Shown in pieces: positions 14,043 through 26,909 of a stretch of 64,000 nt of DNA. The first letter of the stretch is position 1, and each line of letters starts with the position of its first letter. Under the pieces are notes generated by a model that did no database searches, was not told the origin of the DNA, and was given only the letters and a program-made list of their open reading frames with translations. The translations under genes and the position numbers were made by a program. Location of the stretch: contig MU004232.1 of NCBI GenBank assembly GCA_010405405.1, forward strand, positions 1,383,481 through 1,447,480, in the 5' to 3' direction. The stretch comes from Microthyrium microscopicum (lineage: Eukaryota).

Positions 14043-15440
14043 TTAAACACGTCCTCCAGCATCTTCCTGACTGTGGTGCAAGGTGCTTCCATTTAGACTT
14101 TCTCCACTTTCTGTATAGTCATCGGAGTTGAGAGAGACGACTTTGGACTCTTCTTTGCTGGAACTAGCACAGGAGATTGCTCTCCCCAAACTCATCCATT
14201 CTGATCCATTCATGCCAATTTTTCCAGGGGCTTTAGGTTTCCGCTCAGCCGCTATAACGCTTGATTTGATCATCAAACTGGGCCGCGTCAGAGAACCAAA
14301 TGCCTGTGACGAATTAGGAGGACACCCTGCAGCTTTTGTACCTTATAGTGAAAGGAAAGTGTAGGATGGAGTGAATTCGCAATTTACGAAGGACTAAGAC
14401 GCCACATCGTACAACTATTGGGGCCCAGGTTGTTACGGCGATGATCTGAGAAAACGAGTATGGATCCCACGAAAGCACAAAGCCCCAAGCCCATGGGACC
14501 TATGGTCTGCATAAAATGAAATGATGAAGACGTTTGGAGCCCATTGGTAGAGCCAGAGACTCTGGTAACATTTTGCACCACTACAAGAGTCCCTATGATC
14601 TGAATGACGGCAATGAAATAGCACTGCACTTCATAGAACTGGACCAGAATCTCGTTCATTGTTTTGAGTTCGACTGAACTCTCGTTTTGGTCTTCGGCAA
14701 GGCGTCGTTTTTTTGCATGTCTGAGGTCGCGAAGCTGCAATAGCAGCAATGAAAAGCCACAAATTGAACCCAGTCCCAGTAGTATAGAATAGGACACAAG
14801 AACCTCTAGCAGACCACTTCGTTAGCTAATTGCACATTCTGAGTAAAGGGCACACCATGATGGATGAATCCAACATACGCCTGGACCACCAATATCTATG
14901 TTGACGGTTACAACCACATCGCAAGCACTTGAGTTACTGAATTGAGTGACAAGTCCTTGGGAAAGGCGATTGAAATCCAGAACTTCAATGCCTGCAGTCG
15001 ATATGTTTTGGAATGGACAGCCACCTAGTGTTACATCTGCGTCTTGAAAATACTATTGCATGCAGCCATTGATTAGGCTTGCCACTTGAGCTATGTTGCT
15101 TTTGAATGGCTCTGAGTTAACCAAGATCCTGGCAGTATCGTTTTCGGGAGCTTTGAAAGTGATGAATGCCGCCAAGAAGGCAAAAGTTCGCCCTGTGGCA
15201 GTGTATGATGCGGAGTTGATTCGATGCGCAATCATTCCGGACCCTCTCCGCCCATGGCACCTGGACCTTCAGATTATGATCCTCCAGCACGACGAGAAGA
15301 TGCGCGTCTACTGCGATGGGCTCAGAGACCCGTACATATGTGTCCTAGCCCAAATTGCGAAGGATTTCTAGGTATTGTGGTGAGACTGATAACAGGTTGG
15401 GACCGGTCGCAGAGACTGGTTGAACGTGTGGTTTGTTAGT
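14043..15440 (-). pseudogene. Decayed tandem paralogue of the 11210-13105 membrane protein
   Basis: Colinear homology (LINGCMQ*Y..TLGGC vs LINNCMSDY..TLEGC; NIDIGGPG vs NADLGGSG; GSTNGLQ in both; QIIAVTTWAP vs QIVAVTTWAP). In-frame TAG at 15053-15055 and a frameshifting internal deletion near 14449. 5' boundary approximate. Confidence 0.85.
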
Positions 15441-15472
15441 TTATTGTGGATTAGTCTATCGTGTGTATAGAA

Positions 15473-16318
15473 TTAGCTTTTCTTATCTAGTTCTTTGAAC
15501 TCCATATTCGAATCGACCTTCATATGTATACTCGCCATACTGCGAGCGCTGTTCCTTTGGTTGGCTGCTTCCCTCTGCTGTCTACAGGCCTCTATTATTG
15601 TGTTTAGAGTATAAATCTCTACCAGAAGCTTGATCGAAAAGTCCATTGCCTGAAACATGTTAACAATCAGATAATCACACTTATGAAAGGAGAAACATAC
15701 CGAGATCCCACTCGATAGCTCATCGTTCACCGTCCACAGTAGAACCATGAAAAGACTGTCTAGGAGGATAACAACAACATTCATAAATCCTACATGCCGC
15801 AGCATTCTCTTTTTCATAGGGATATCTCCCCAGATATTTTTGACCTGGAAGAAGTACAAAGTACACAGGAAAGTGTCGCACACCGTGTATACCACTGCCT
15901 CAATCTTGGCAGTCAAGTCATAGAGAATTGCCATTTGTGCCGATTCCGGATATACAATTGTCAGAATCTCTCCGACTGCAAGTGGCACTTCGATGAGCCA
16001 CCATTCGACCACGATAAGCGCCAACACCAAGCGGAGAACTTTCTTGGACGCCAGGAATAAATGAAGACGCGAGTAGAGCATTAAAAACTCAAATGGGACG
16101 TATGGTAGGCCGCCAGCAACCATGAAACCGGCAGTGAGTCCTGGTTTGGCGTCTTTTAGGATCCAAATATAAAGATAGACGTAGATGCAGTAACAGATCT
16201 GCGAGACTGTCACGCCGATGATTGACCAGAAGTATAGACCTGAGCGACGGTTGAATTTGGTCGTTGTCAGAAACAATACCTGTAAGCAGCAGAACAGTCC
16301 AACTGATGTCAAGGCCAT
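15473..16318 (-). CDS. Fungal integral membrane protein (multi-TM, RRSGLYFWS-type)
   Basis: ~280-aa hydrophobic ORF with TTKFNRRSGLYFWS, LMLYSRLH and FSIKLLVEIYTLN motifs. Likely in-frame intron ~15650-15700 (GTATGT..TTTCAG). The start may lie further upstream. Confidence 0.75.
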   Translation of the reverse strand: MALTSVGLFCCLQVLFLTTTKFNRRSGLYFWSIIGVTVSQICYCIYVYLYIWILKDAKPGLTAGFMVAGGLPYVPFEFLMLYSRLHLFLASKKVLRLVLALIVVEWWLIEVPLAVGEILTIVYPESAQMAILYDLTAKIEAVVYTVCDTFLCTLYFFQVKNIWGDIPMKKRMLRHVGFMNVVVILLDSLFMVLLWTVNDELSSGISVCFSFHKCDYLIVNMFQAMDFSIKLLVEIYTLNTIIEACRQQREAANQRNSARSMASIHMKVDSNMEFKELDKKS

Positions 16319-17220
16319 CTTCAAAATTTGTTATTAAGACTCATAGTGACGAGGGATGTTGTACTAGTCAACACTTGTCGATATGCCGAAGCCCCATCCT
16401 GTACCTTTTTTGGCAGAATGGCGATCCGGGATATAAGATGGACAGATCGAAAATTTGTCTCTTGACTGAGGAACTTACAATGGTCAGTTCTTGTGCAGAT
16501 GTGCGTTCCATAGAATCGTGGTAACCTGGTCCAGGGAATTGGTTGTTACTTGGAAGCGCGACCGCAGACTGATATGTCCTGCGATACGAAACTGACGCAA
16601 ATATGGGTTTGTCCAGGTTCTGGTCGTGGTGTTGATTTCGAGATCTGCGAGATCGAATCGAGTATGAGCAAACGAAACAATCTCATGAGCATTGAGCAAA
16701 CCATTATTCAGTCCATCTCGGAAGCGGCTCCGAAATAATAGGGGCTCCTCGTGGCCAAGGAGCTTGGAGTTAGCGAGCCAGAGAGCGAAAAGGTCTGGAG
16801 CAATCCCAAAGAGTGATTTAGTTGGGCTAGTGGACCATTGAACAGTAGTGGTACCACGACTGATATGCAGATCTGTTGATATATGTATCAATTGCAAGAC
16901 AATTGAGCGAGGCGGCATATCAACTTGGCGCGTCAACACAATACCAACAACCCCCGACCGAGTTGGACAAATTCATTTTGCTATAACACATAAAACTGCT
17001 AGCTATACACAGCTAAAATGCCAATCATCGCACCAAAGGCCATCGGAGTCATCTCGTCATAAATCCAAACATCAACAGCTCATCATTCTCTTAGAAAACC
17101 TCACTCTCGTACACCATCCCCCAGCCGTGATTCATCATCTCATCGTGCCTCTTTTGCCGTGCCTCATCTTGCCTCGATGCCAGGAAACGTCATGAGATAC
17201 CGCATATTCAATTTAAACTC

Positions 17221-17885
17221 AAAAATGCCTTCCTCACTACCCGCCTAGATTATCTGCCTATCCAGACTTACTACTAGCCCTGTAGATATGACCCTAGACG
17301 CTCGTACATTATCTTCCTAGTGCTATACTGCAGATAGACGTAGTTAGTGCTAGTCCTAGCTCGTTAGTTAATAACGCTCACGTAGTGTCGCTTCTCTTTC
17401 GCGCGCCTATTAGACATGTTGGCTGTTAGAGAGCCTAAGCTCTGCGTCTTTAATTTGTGTACGTTGTAGGCGCTCGTTCATATCTACTAGAAGTAACTTA
17501 CAGCAGCACAGTACTTCAAAATCAAAGAGGCTGAACGGAAAACTGCTCGTCATGCCCCAAAAGCCATTCCATCTAAACCTCGTCCCCAACAGGTAGTGAA
17601 CAGTCAAGGACCAATATCGTCGCCTAGCAAGTAATCAGAGAGCAAAAGTGTGTCTAATGGCTTCTGTTGCCAATAATCGTACTTGACCTCGGGAAACTAA
17701 TAGAAAGAATCAAGGTTGAGGTGGTGCAAGACATCAGAGCCTGTAACCACTTCGATTTTGGGGGGAGGAGGCTGTTCTATTCGAACTCGCTTCCGCCTAG
17801 CGTAGGTTGTGGACGGTAGTTGCACTGCCGTATTTTCGTTTTGTTCATCTTCTTCCATTTCAAGTCGGCCACGTTTTTCGCCCAT
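17221..17885 (-). pseudogene. RIP-type mutated coding relic, origin unknown
   Basis: TpA-rich stretch. One minus-strand frame has nine stops between 17221 and 17412, all TAA/TAG and none TGA, inside E/R/Q-rich protein-like sequence. Confidence 0.6.
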
Positions 17886-20132
17886 GAGAGCCGGCGCTGT
17901 TTGAAGTTAGCATGGAAATCCAACCCAAGTAAATATCATTATGGGAATACTGTGCATGAATTTCCTTTTTCCTATGATAATTTTAATACTTGATCAGTTC
18001 AAGATCAAATTATCAGACCAAAATGGTAAGAAGCTTTGTATCTAACATTACAAGGTTTATACTAACCCGGTGATAAACGATACAGTTCTTGAAAATTGTC
18101 GAGCTTGAGAATAGCATCCGAGAGTCTGTACAATTCCTCGTACAGCTTGCCTCGCGATCTGAGTGGCTGATCCCCGAAGTACCTTGGATCAACCAGTCGT
18201 CTTCATCGCAGTATTATGAACCTGCCAGTATAAAGTTGAATTCATGCTGCTCTGCCATGGCATGAGTTGAAACTAATGAAACGAAATAATTGAGGACAAA
18301 CTTTCAACTTTCAAACAAGAAGATGGTGCAAGAAAACCTAGGAAGAACCAACTGGGCTTATGGCTAGTGTTTATAAAGGTGTTTAGCCTGATGACAGTAA
18401 TCTAGAAAGCTGAGTCTTTAGTATTAGGGGGTGTTTCTCGTTACATCGTCGCATTGAATATCCAGTTCATGTATGCACGGAAAGCAAATCATTCAGTATT
18501 ACAAACAAAAACTGAGATGGAGGAAAGATCAACTGCGGTCAAATGCAACCAGAACAACATGTGTTATATAGAGGTCGCCAGCCTTGCTTACAATACCAAG
18601 CCATTGTAGTACAGAAACCAGAGACTGGTATACCTGCCCTACCTAACTCAGCCCAGGTATCCATCATACAAGTAGCATACCAGAGAGCAACAAAAATAGC
18701 CCACTCGCCAACCCAACCTCCAAAAACACATCTCCCAACCCATCAATCCCAAATCCCAAAAAGCAAAAGCTCATACCCAGCCCCTAGTTCCGACAAACTA
18801 GAAGGTGGGTACTACGAAAATCCTCGACTTGGATTTTACTAACGAACGACGTATACGATGTTAGGGAGTGGACTTGACGGGGATTGAACGCAGGTCCTTG
18901 CGATGACCTCTAGGGTGGCTTCCCAATTCCTCAGTCCTCAGATTTGATCTTAATGTGCCTTTCACATTCGCCCTCTGAGGGTTATGATTAAATTTGCAGT
19001 AGTTTGGGATATATACAGTATGGGAGGGGGACTGGGTGGGAGCCTGATTGACTCCTGAGGCTTGACTTTAGGTCTGCGCTGTGATGGGAAGGGGCTTTGG
19101 GTTTGGGAGTGCTTATTTACGGAGCGGGTTAAGGTAGGGAGTAGCTAGGTATGTATTTGGTATATTATTTTGATAATGTAGGTATGGTTCTGTTGAAAGA
19201 TATGAAGCGGTTCGTTTCGCGTGTATGATGAGGCTGATGAGTTGTAGTGACAAGAGCCTGGATATCAAACCTTAAATGGCTTTGAACTTGAGTCTCCTAA
19301 TGCAACAGCCGAATCGAAAGCAAATACATCAGTTTGACATGTTCTGTGCAAAAGGATAGCCATGAACTGTTGGAACGCTGCCATAAGGCTGAAGAATGAA
19401 GTTAGAACGAGCAAAAGGTACAAAGCATAGACCAAGCTACTGAGAATGTCCATGATACAGGATAGACAACAAGCTCTGCATTTGTTTTTTGACCGATTGA
19501 ATATTTCTCATTGATACATAACTATATACAGGCCCATGGGGTTATCAATGTATTCTTCACATACCTGCCTTATTGCAGAATATGCGATCGATGCTCCTTT
19601 CATTCATTAAAAAGCTGAACATGTTCATCCGGTTTCCCAAACTGGGGGGTATTGGTACTAGCCGCGGGAACAATTCGACAGTAAAGATATTGTGACGTGT
19701 ACTCGTTAATAGATGCTGGATAAAATGTATCTTTTTCGGTTCGAGGTGTTTTCGATCGGCAAGAATGGATTCGGCGGTCTTTCGTTGTTAGTCTAAAGAT
19801 GCGGTGGAGATGATTATGGTGTGCTGAGTTCTCTTTGCTGTGCCTCGTCTGAATGGTGATATTCCGGACGGTGGATTGGTGCTTCTTTTTCGCCTAATAT
19901 CAAGGGGATCATTCTTTCCCTCTCTTTGGTGCCTCGAGTCCTTCTCTTAATTACGCCGTATTCCTTTCTGGCCTTGGCCCCCAAATTACTGCATGCAAAC
20001 ACCAAAGCCAACCAAATCCCGTCCATGCAAGGGGTATTAGACTCTCAGTCGAATCGCATGATACACCAGTCCCAATTGTTTTTCCCTCGATCAAGAACGC
20101 CGCGCAGCAGCGCTCATACAAACGGCTTTCGA

Positions 20133-21461
20133 CTACGCGTAGCCTGGCGTGGGCCAATCGTCTTCTGTTATACTACTCCAGAAAGCCCAGATAGCGACCA
20201 CAGAGAGAAGGGTGAAAAGAACTTCGAACATGCCGCCATTAATCTTCCCGCCTGTACTGTTACATATGTGTACCGAGATGACGAATTGGAATATTTGGCC
20301 AATGGCGAAGAGTATGGCGGCAGCGGAGAGGTAGACTATTTAGAGATTAGCGATGTGAGATGGAATTATTTTATAGTTGGCAACATACTGAGTGGAGTAA
20401 ACTCTTGGAGAACTCGGAGAACCAAGAAGATTTCAAGGCAGAAGAAGAGGGCGATGAAGACCAAAGGTACCAGCAGGAAGAGCGTATACAACGCGTAAGC
20501 TCTATTCGGATCGTTTAACGTCATATCGTCCGCCCAGTAGCTTGTGAGACTGAAGCCCGTGTCGAGTGCTATGTACCCGGTGCCGATGAATATTATTACT
20601 GACGAGAAAGCGATGAGTCCAAGCGATACTGCAGTGCCGTCTTCAACAATTTGGTAGCCGACTGCACCATTGAGTAATAATATCCATGCTGTTACTGTTA
20701 CGGCTGCGATGTGTATTGCTGAAAACCCCTGTTATGCTCGTTAATATATGCGATGAGTAGGATTTGATAAAACACACTCTTACGACTTTACCATCCAAAG
20801 GAAAGTTGCCGACAGTGAAGATTTCGCATAGCGATATTAGTGCATATCCAAGGAGGAATAATTGTATTTCTCTGGTTCCAAATTATTAGCGCTTGCGCCC
20901 TAATCCTGAAAGTCTGTAGTCGGACTATGTACCTTCGACCAACAGCTGCTCGTTTTCGCTCCGATTTGAAGAGTAGGAATAATGTGACGAGAATGGCGAT
21001 GGCAGAGAATATTATTGAGCCTGTATCAGGGGTTAATACAAAAGCAAGCTGAAACGAATCCTAGTATCGCGCATACCTAAATTGGCAAGGTGTCGGTCGT
21101 CTCCTGACAAGGTAATTCCATTGAGAGGGCAACCACCGTAGCCGTTGCCGTTTCGCGTTGGTGATTCGTTGAAGAGCTACAGATTTGTTAGCTACAAATC
21201 GGTACTGAATTCATGATGTGTATGTTATTAAAGCAACTGGTGATCGCGAGTCTACTTCATGGTATGACACACGCAGCGCGGAGTGATGCGACGAAGGAAC
21301 GTTTAGGAAGAGTGGTCATACATTACACACTGTTAAACAACTGTTAGCATACTATCGCAAGTATCAGAGTGATAGCTGAGCAACTTACCAGGTATTGTCG
21401 GTCTGACGCTTCCCGAATCTCGACAGAAATTATGCCAAAGGCCGTATTGTGAGGTCACCAT
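20133..21461 (-). CDS. Chs7-family chitin synthase export chaperone-like membrane protein
   Basis: Multi-exon model MVTSQYGLWHNFCRDS..P/VCN/LFN..GGCPLNGI..HLANL..SERKRAAVGR..LLNGAVGYQIVEDGT..ICNSTGGKINGGMFE..FWSSITEDDWP; stop TAG 20133-20135. May be the Chs7 paralogue rather than the orthologue. Confidence 0.88.
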
Positions 21462-24301
21462 ATTGAATGGCCTTGCTCAGCGAGCGCAAATTATGATATT
21501 CCAGCCTCACAATGGGTATGAAGGAGGAGCGGTCTGGTCGTGGAGAAGAGGGCGGAGGACGAGAGGAAGAGTTGGCGACCAGCAAACGGCAGGTAGACAG
21601 AGAGTTTGCACGCTGTAGAAAGAAGTTGAGTCGGGAAATTGAAGCGATCAGCACTCTTTGCACGGGGCAGTCAAAGAGGAAGGACGTATGGGGGTGTTTA
21701 TTGGCAAGGGCCAGTGACGTTATGGGGCAGCGATTATTACTCTACTGCAAGTTGGGAGAAGTTGAGAGAGAGCGCGATTTCAGGTACCGAAGCAAGTTTA
21801 GGGTCGCGCGATTTGAATTTGAGAGCGATTGATGAAGTTGGGAAGCTCAAGCTGTGAGAGGAGGAATAGGGACAGGAATAGAGTTGCAAGTGAAAAGAGG
21901 AGGCTGCGCGCTACCAGTGGAGAATTGGAGCGAGTCTTGCTTGCAGCTGGGAGCTTGACACACGGCAGCCAAAAACGCCAACAAGACTCGAACAAGCAAA
22001 AGCCTCACAACCAAGACAACCACACTCCCTCCCACAGCACAGCAACCTGGGGTCCTTGTTTCCCAGCAAGTTTACAGCAAAAAGAGAAGCGCGGCTTGAT
22101 CCTCCGACTCTTGTCAGGCCTTCCTAGCTCTACATCTTTCAATTAGCTTCCTTTGGCTGCCATTGTGAGGCATTCGCGCATCAATGCAAGGCCAGCAAGC
22201 CTGGATTTAGTTAACTCCTGGTAATATTAGCCCGGCCTAGGGTCAATCCCATTGCCAGAGCTACAAGATCCATTTCCAACCAATTGACCATGGGCCAGGC
22301 AGCTCCAAACACCCAAACCACCAGGTGGACAAGTCAGTGCCCAGAACGTTGGGGGCTTGTTAGTTGGTGCTGACAGGGCATCCTCGCCTTGCACATTCAT
22401 TAGCTGGTCGTTCTATTGCCTTTTTAATTTGATATCAGGCTTCTTTCCTTCTGCATTGCCATATATTTCTCTCCCAATATCATAACCACAGCTTCTTACA
22501 AACAACTCACAAGTTCACAGTACATATCCTGTGCTGTGCTCTGACCTGTGAAGAATCTGCTTTATCCAGCACTAAAGATAAGCTTAAGAGGAGACAATAG
22601 TCTTCTTCAAACGATATGCACTTCCAACTTAACCTACCAATTATCGACATTACTTTCAAACCTGATATTACACAGTCCCGCGGCGCCTTGCATCCTTCTA
22701 TTGCCTTCTATTGCTACTCTCCGAGTACTTGTTAGCTCAGATCGTGAACCCGGACTTTGATATTAATGTGTAACCTTGTAGATCCACAGTTAGCCTTTCC
22801 GTAGCACCTTTATCCAACCTCCAACTCCACTTCTCTTTGTCGCCCAGTACTAACAACATTTACTTGGTTAAGCTGGGAGCATCCAAAGACACAGATAGTA
22901 GCGCTGAAGTGGCAGAAGTGCAGCACCACGAGTCTACGATGCACGCCCCTGCATCTATCCGGAGTGACAAAGTCTTTCCAGCACGCATCCTTCATACAAG
23001 TACATGATTTCTGTGCAAGGTTTCCAAGGCCAGTCGCTTTCCCTGCTTCCCGCCTGCATACGCAATAAGTCGCTGCACTGCCCAGGGCCTTGAGAAACAG
23101 GCCTTGGAAACACCAGAACACGCTGGCCAAATCAACCAAATGCCCCTCTATTGGTTTCTTCCAACTTCAAAGCATGCAAGCTGGTCAAAGGATCTGCCTT
23201 GCATGCGCAAAAATAAACCTCGTTCACTAATGAGCTACAGCCAACTTAGGCAGGATCTCTTCTCTTCGCTTTTCTAGACTTTCGGTACGCGAATGCTTGA
23301 CCAATGAAGAACTGCTCAGCCACACAAGATACGATATTTCAAGGTTCTGGGTAAGATGAAGGTTTGCCTCATCTTGAAATCAAGATTGAAAGAATTACCA
23401 TGAACAAACAAGTTGTAACTGGTACGTAAAAAGTCAATATCAGATCCAGACTCCAGTACCATAATTTTACAAAAACCAAGGCAGCATTATCTCCCCACCA
23501 GAACGAGTCATGCGCCAATCCACCTATAATTTCCCAATCGCAATCACTAAATCAAATAGCTCTTTCTCTAGCCCATATAATGCGCGCCAATTAGAAGATT
23601 ACTTTCAAACAACAAATGCGAAATATCCGGTTTCCAAACTTGCCTTACTTCCACGGAATGGTTCAAAACTTCCATATGCCGTTCTTCGATTTGCATCTAT
23701 ATAAACTTCCAACGGATCGTTAGTTCCTGTGAACACAATCCCCGCGCTGAACGACTGGTGTAAAGCAGTGTTTCGTTTCAGAAATCTTTGACACGTCCGT
23801 CGCTCTTGACCCCGCTCGGCTGATATCCGGTACTGTCTCATCCCGCTGCGGGCGCTGCGGAGTTGGAATGAAGGACTTGGTGGCCTTGTTCTGCTGCAGG
23901 AACGCGGTTGGTGCTGCGGCGCGGAATAATCTAGCGCGTGCTAAGGAGAGCACGAGAAGGTATGGCGATACTGGTGATCAGTTGATATCGTGAGGGTTTG
24001 ATGTGATACTTTCCAAACTTAGATAATTTTTAAGTACACTACTATCAGTCTTGTATACTCTACCTAGGTAACTCGTGCAAAATACTTCTCTCTGAAGTTT
24101 GACTGGCAATGTGAAGAGCGCTCAGGTTTAGACTAGGTTGCTGGCATAAATACATGCTTATTCAGCTCGGTACTGTCCATAAATCGCTTAGCTTTTCGCG
24201 CTAAAATTTCCGTCTACATTGTATTTTAAATGGATTTCTGTTATTTATTACTAACTCATGTCTTTGCAACCACAAATTCTGAGCGTCTTTGCTTCACTGA
24301 A

Positions 24302-26317
24302 TTACTCGGCTGGGCTCCCACCAACGTCCCGACTCGGAAGTGATAGGTAAGTATCTGGATCTATCGATCCTTTTCGCCTAGAATTTCTCAGCGATACCTT
24401 TTGATGTGGCTCGAGTTGAGAGGTCATCCAACGACTTGTTGTCGCGCTCGTGAGCAAGAGTTTGAAAGTAGCGCCCATGGATTCACTGTCAATAATCCCA
24501 CTGAAACAGCGCATCATCATGTCATAATCTTCTCGACACTCGTCTCTCTCACAAAATGATATCCCATCAAGAATACAATGCACTGTGACTCCTTCAGGGG
24601 TAAGCTCGACAAGTCGGTAGAAGAGCTGACACACTTGCGCAAACGATGCCCCTTCCATTCCACCTTCAAGAGCTGGGAAAGCAATAGGGCCGCGGTCAGA
24701 AATATGCTGGTTTTGCACTAGACTCAACACCAAAAAGGCGACGAGACTTCTCATCACTCCCTGCGGGCCGATCAAGTCATCTTTGTTGGTGGAATGCTGC
24801 CCGCAGTAGAAGACGAGGACTATGGTGCGAGGCAGGCGGCGGAGTGCCTGCACGAGAGTTGCGCAAACGTATGATATTGGGGAAATTTTTCGTTGCTGTG
24901 TTCGATCGCCGTGGCCATTGACGAGGACGACGTCTGATTCAGGCGAGTGCAAGAGTCGTTGGATCTGATCCGTTCGAAACATGCTTGCTGCGTGTGCGAT
25001 AGTCTCACGGTCTATCGAATGACCTGTCTGGATAACGTGGTGCTCAGCATCGAGGGCTGCGAGGTGTTGGACGTCCATCAAGTTGATCAAATCTACCGGC
25101 GTGATGGCAGGCGCTGAGCTCACGGACTCCTGAACAGACTCGGACCTTGCTGGTGACCCAGATGCTTCGTGTTGCCCAGTTTCTGGCCATGTTAGCTGAC
25201 TGGCTCCTGAGATTAGAGGAACGACTTACTCATAAACTCGATAAGAAAGTTCAGAAGATTGTTCTTGCCCGAGATGGATTCTAGAGTTATCTGAATGTCG
25301 TTTTGTTTGTTGAGAAGCTGTTCAATCTTCCTGTGTAATTGGCCGACTCCTTCCTCCGTCTGCTCAGCCGTGCTCTGCAGATTGCGCGTTGCCACATAGT
25401 TATTGTGAACAGTCTGATGTGTCACAACCCTGATCTCATCCATCATTACTTCAGCGCAGGTTCGCACTTTTTGAGCACTATTGTGGACCATCAAAAGTAG
25501 GTCGTCTACGTCCCAGCCCTTGAAGAAATTGTTCGTTTTGTTTCCTGATCACTAACATCAGCATTGACGTTGTCCAGAGAATAAACACCTACTCATGGTT
25601 CCCGAGCAACTCAATCGATCGATCAAGGCGGGAAGCGTACGGAGGAGTACTTGTTGAAGCTCCTTGATGTTTTCATGGAGTTTCCTTCTCCGCGGATGGT
25701 TTTGCGGAAGCGTGTCAAATTTGCCTGAAGCCATCATCATAACGTCTGGAATATCTTCAAAGGCTTGTAAGATCTTTTGTCGAGACTGCATTCGTTGCCT
25801 AGCCAGCTAATTACCATCAGTATGCTTTCGACTTGGACAAAGGATAGAGGCCGAACTACACTGAAAATAAGCGCCAAACCACCGTGTAGGACGCACAATT
25901 CGTCAGGAATAGCAACCAATGCTGGAGCTACGGTCCCACCCATCGCCCCTAACTTTCGCCAGAGTTTCTGATGTAGTTTCTTTGGTGGTGCTTTGCTGTC
26001 CTGACCGGCCTTTATGGCTCTGTCCATCTCGCGAAGGACATCATCCCAAGTGCATTTAAGCACATCAAAATCCAGTTCAGGTTGATCATGGAATTGCTTG
26101 AGGGTGTCCTCCAGATCACTTGATAGCTGAGATCAGTACTCGTGAGACCAAGACGGAACTTGTAGGGGACTTACACTACTTCTGAAGGTTGATATTGTGC
26201 CATGGCTGGATTGAAGCGTGCTTGTACTCCAAACAAGTCGTGAAAAGTTGCGCCTTGCTCGTCGATAAACCCTCTTGTCGCCGACGAGGCCACTGAAACG
26301 CCATCTCTCGTGCTCAT
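24302..26317 (-). CDS. Degenerate NACHT/STAND-like P-loop protein with helical N-terminal domain and no C-terminal repeats
   Basis: About five exons stitched from ORFs 26171-26404, 25737-26063, 25558-25791, 25213-25494 and 24302-25123. Last exon has FYCGQH, GPQGVMRSLV, Walker-B-like CILDGISFCE and FKLLLTS; the Walker A position reads VLVNGHGD (no GKS/T). Confidence 0.75.
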
Positions 26318-26909
26318 ATTGGTGGTGTTTTCAAAACTGCGAGGAAAGAAAAAGTCTTCGTTATGTCCTGAAACTTCAAGCTCTGCGCGGTAGCAAGGCT
26401 TCAAGCACCCAACGTGCTCAGGCTGATTTAGAGACCCAATTTGGCCAGCCTCACTTGTGCAAATGATTCTCGACTATCGATGAACGACTCAGCCCGTTGA
26501 CGACAGTAAAGAATTCCAAAAGATCGGTTATATGTCGCGTGCTCAGCCTGACGAGCAAAACCGAAGACAGTCCTTTTTGGTTGTTATCCCCGCATAATTG
26601 CACAAACTATCTGACCGGTGAGAGGCCGCTTCGTTTCGTTGCCTCACTTTGTTATCGTGTTCCACCCCTTCCTAAACCGAGATGTTGTAGGCTTAACTCC
26701 AAGTCTGCCTTGATGACCAATGAGTTCACAAGGGACTTGGTCCGATTGCTTCACACTCAAAGGTTATCCCACTCATAAAAACGCATGAACCGTTCCGTAG
26801 TGGTTGCAATCATGTGGGAACTCGTATATATGTACCCTTGGGCTGAATCCTTCCAGCCTTGCGGATTCAGCCTGGTTTTCACATATCCTAGACTCGCTTT
26901 CTGGATAAA

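Noticed and set aside
23480..23953. Possible gene fragment downstream of the STAND-like gene
   Set aside because: Protein-like snippets broken by stops, but no family could be recognised.
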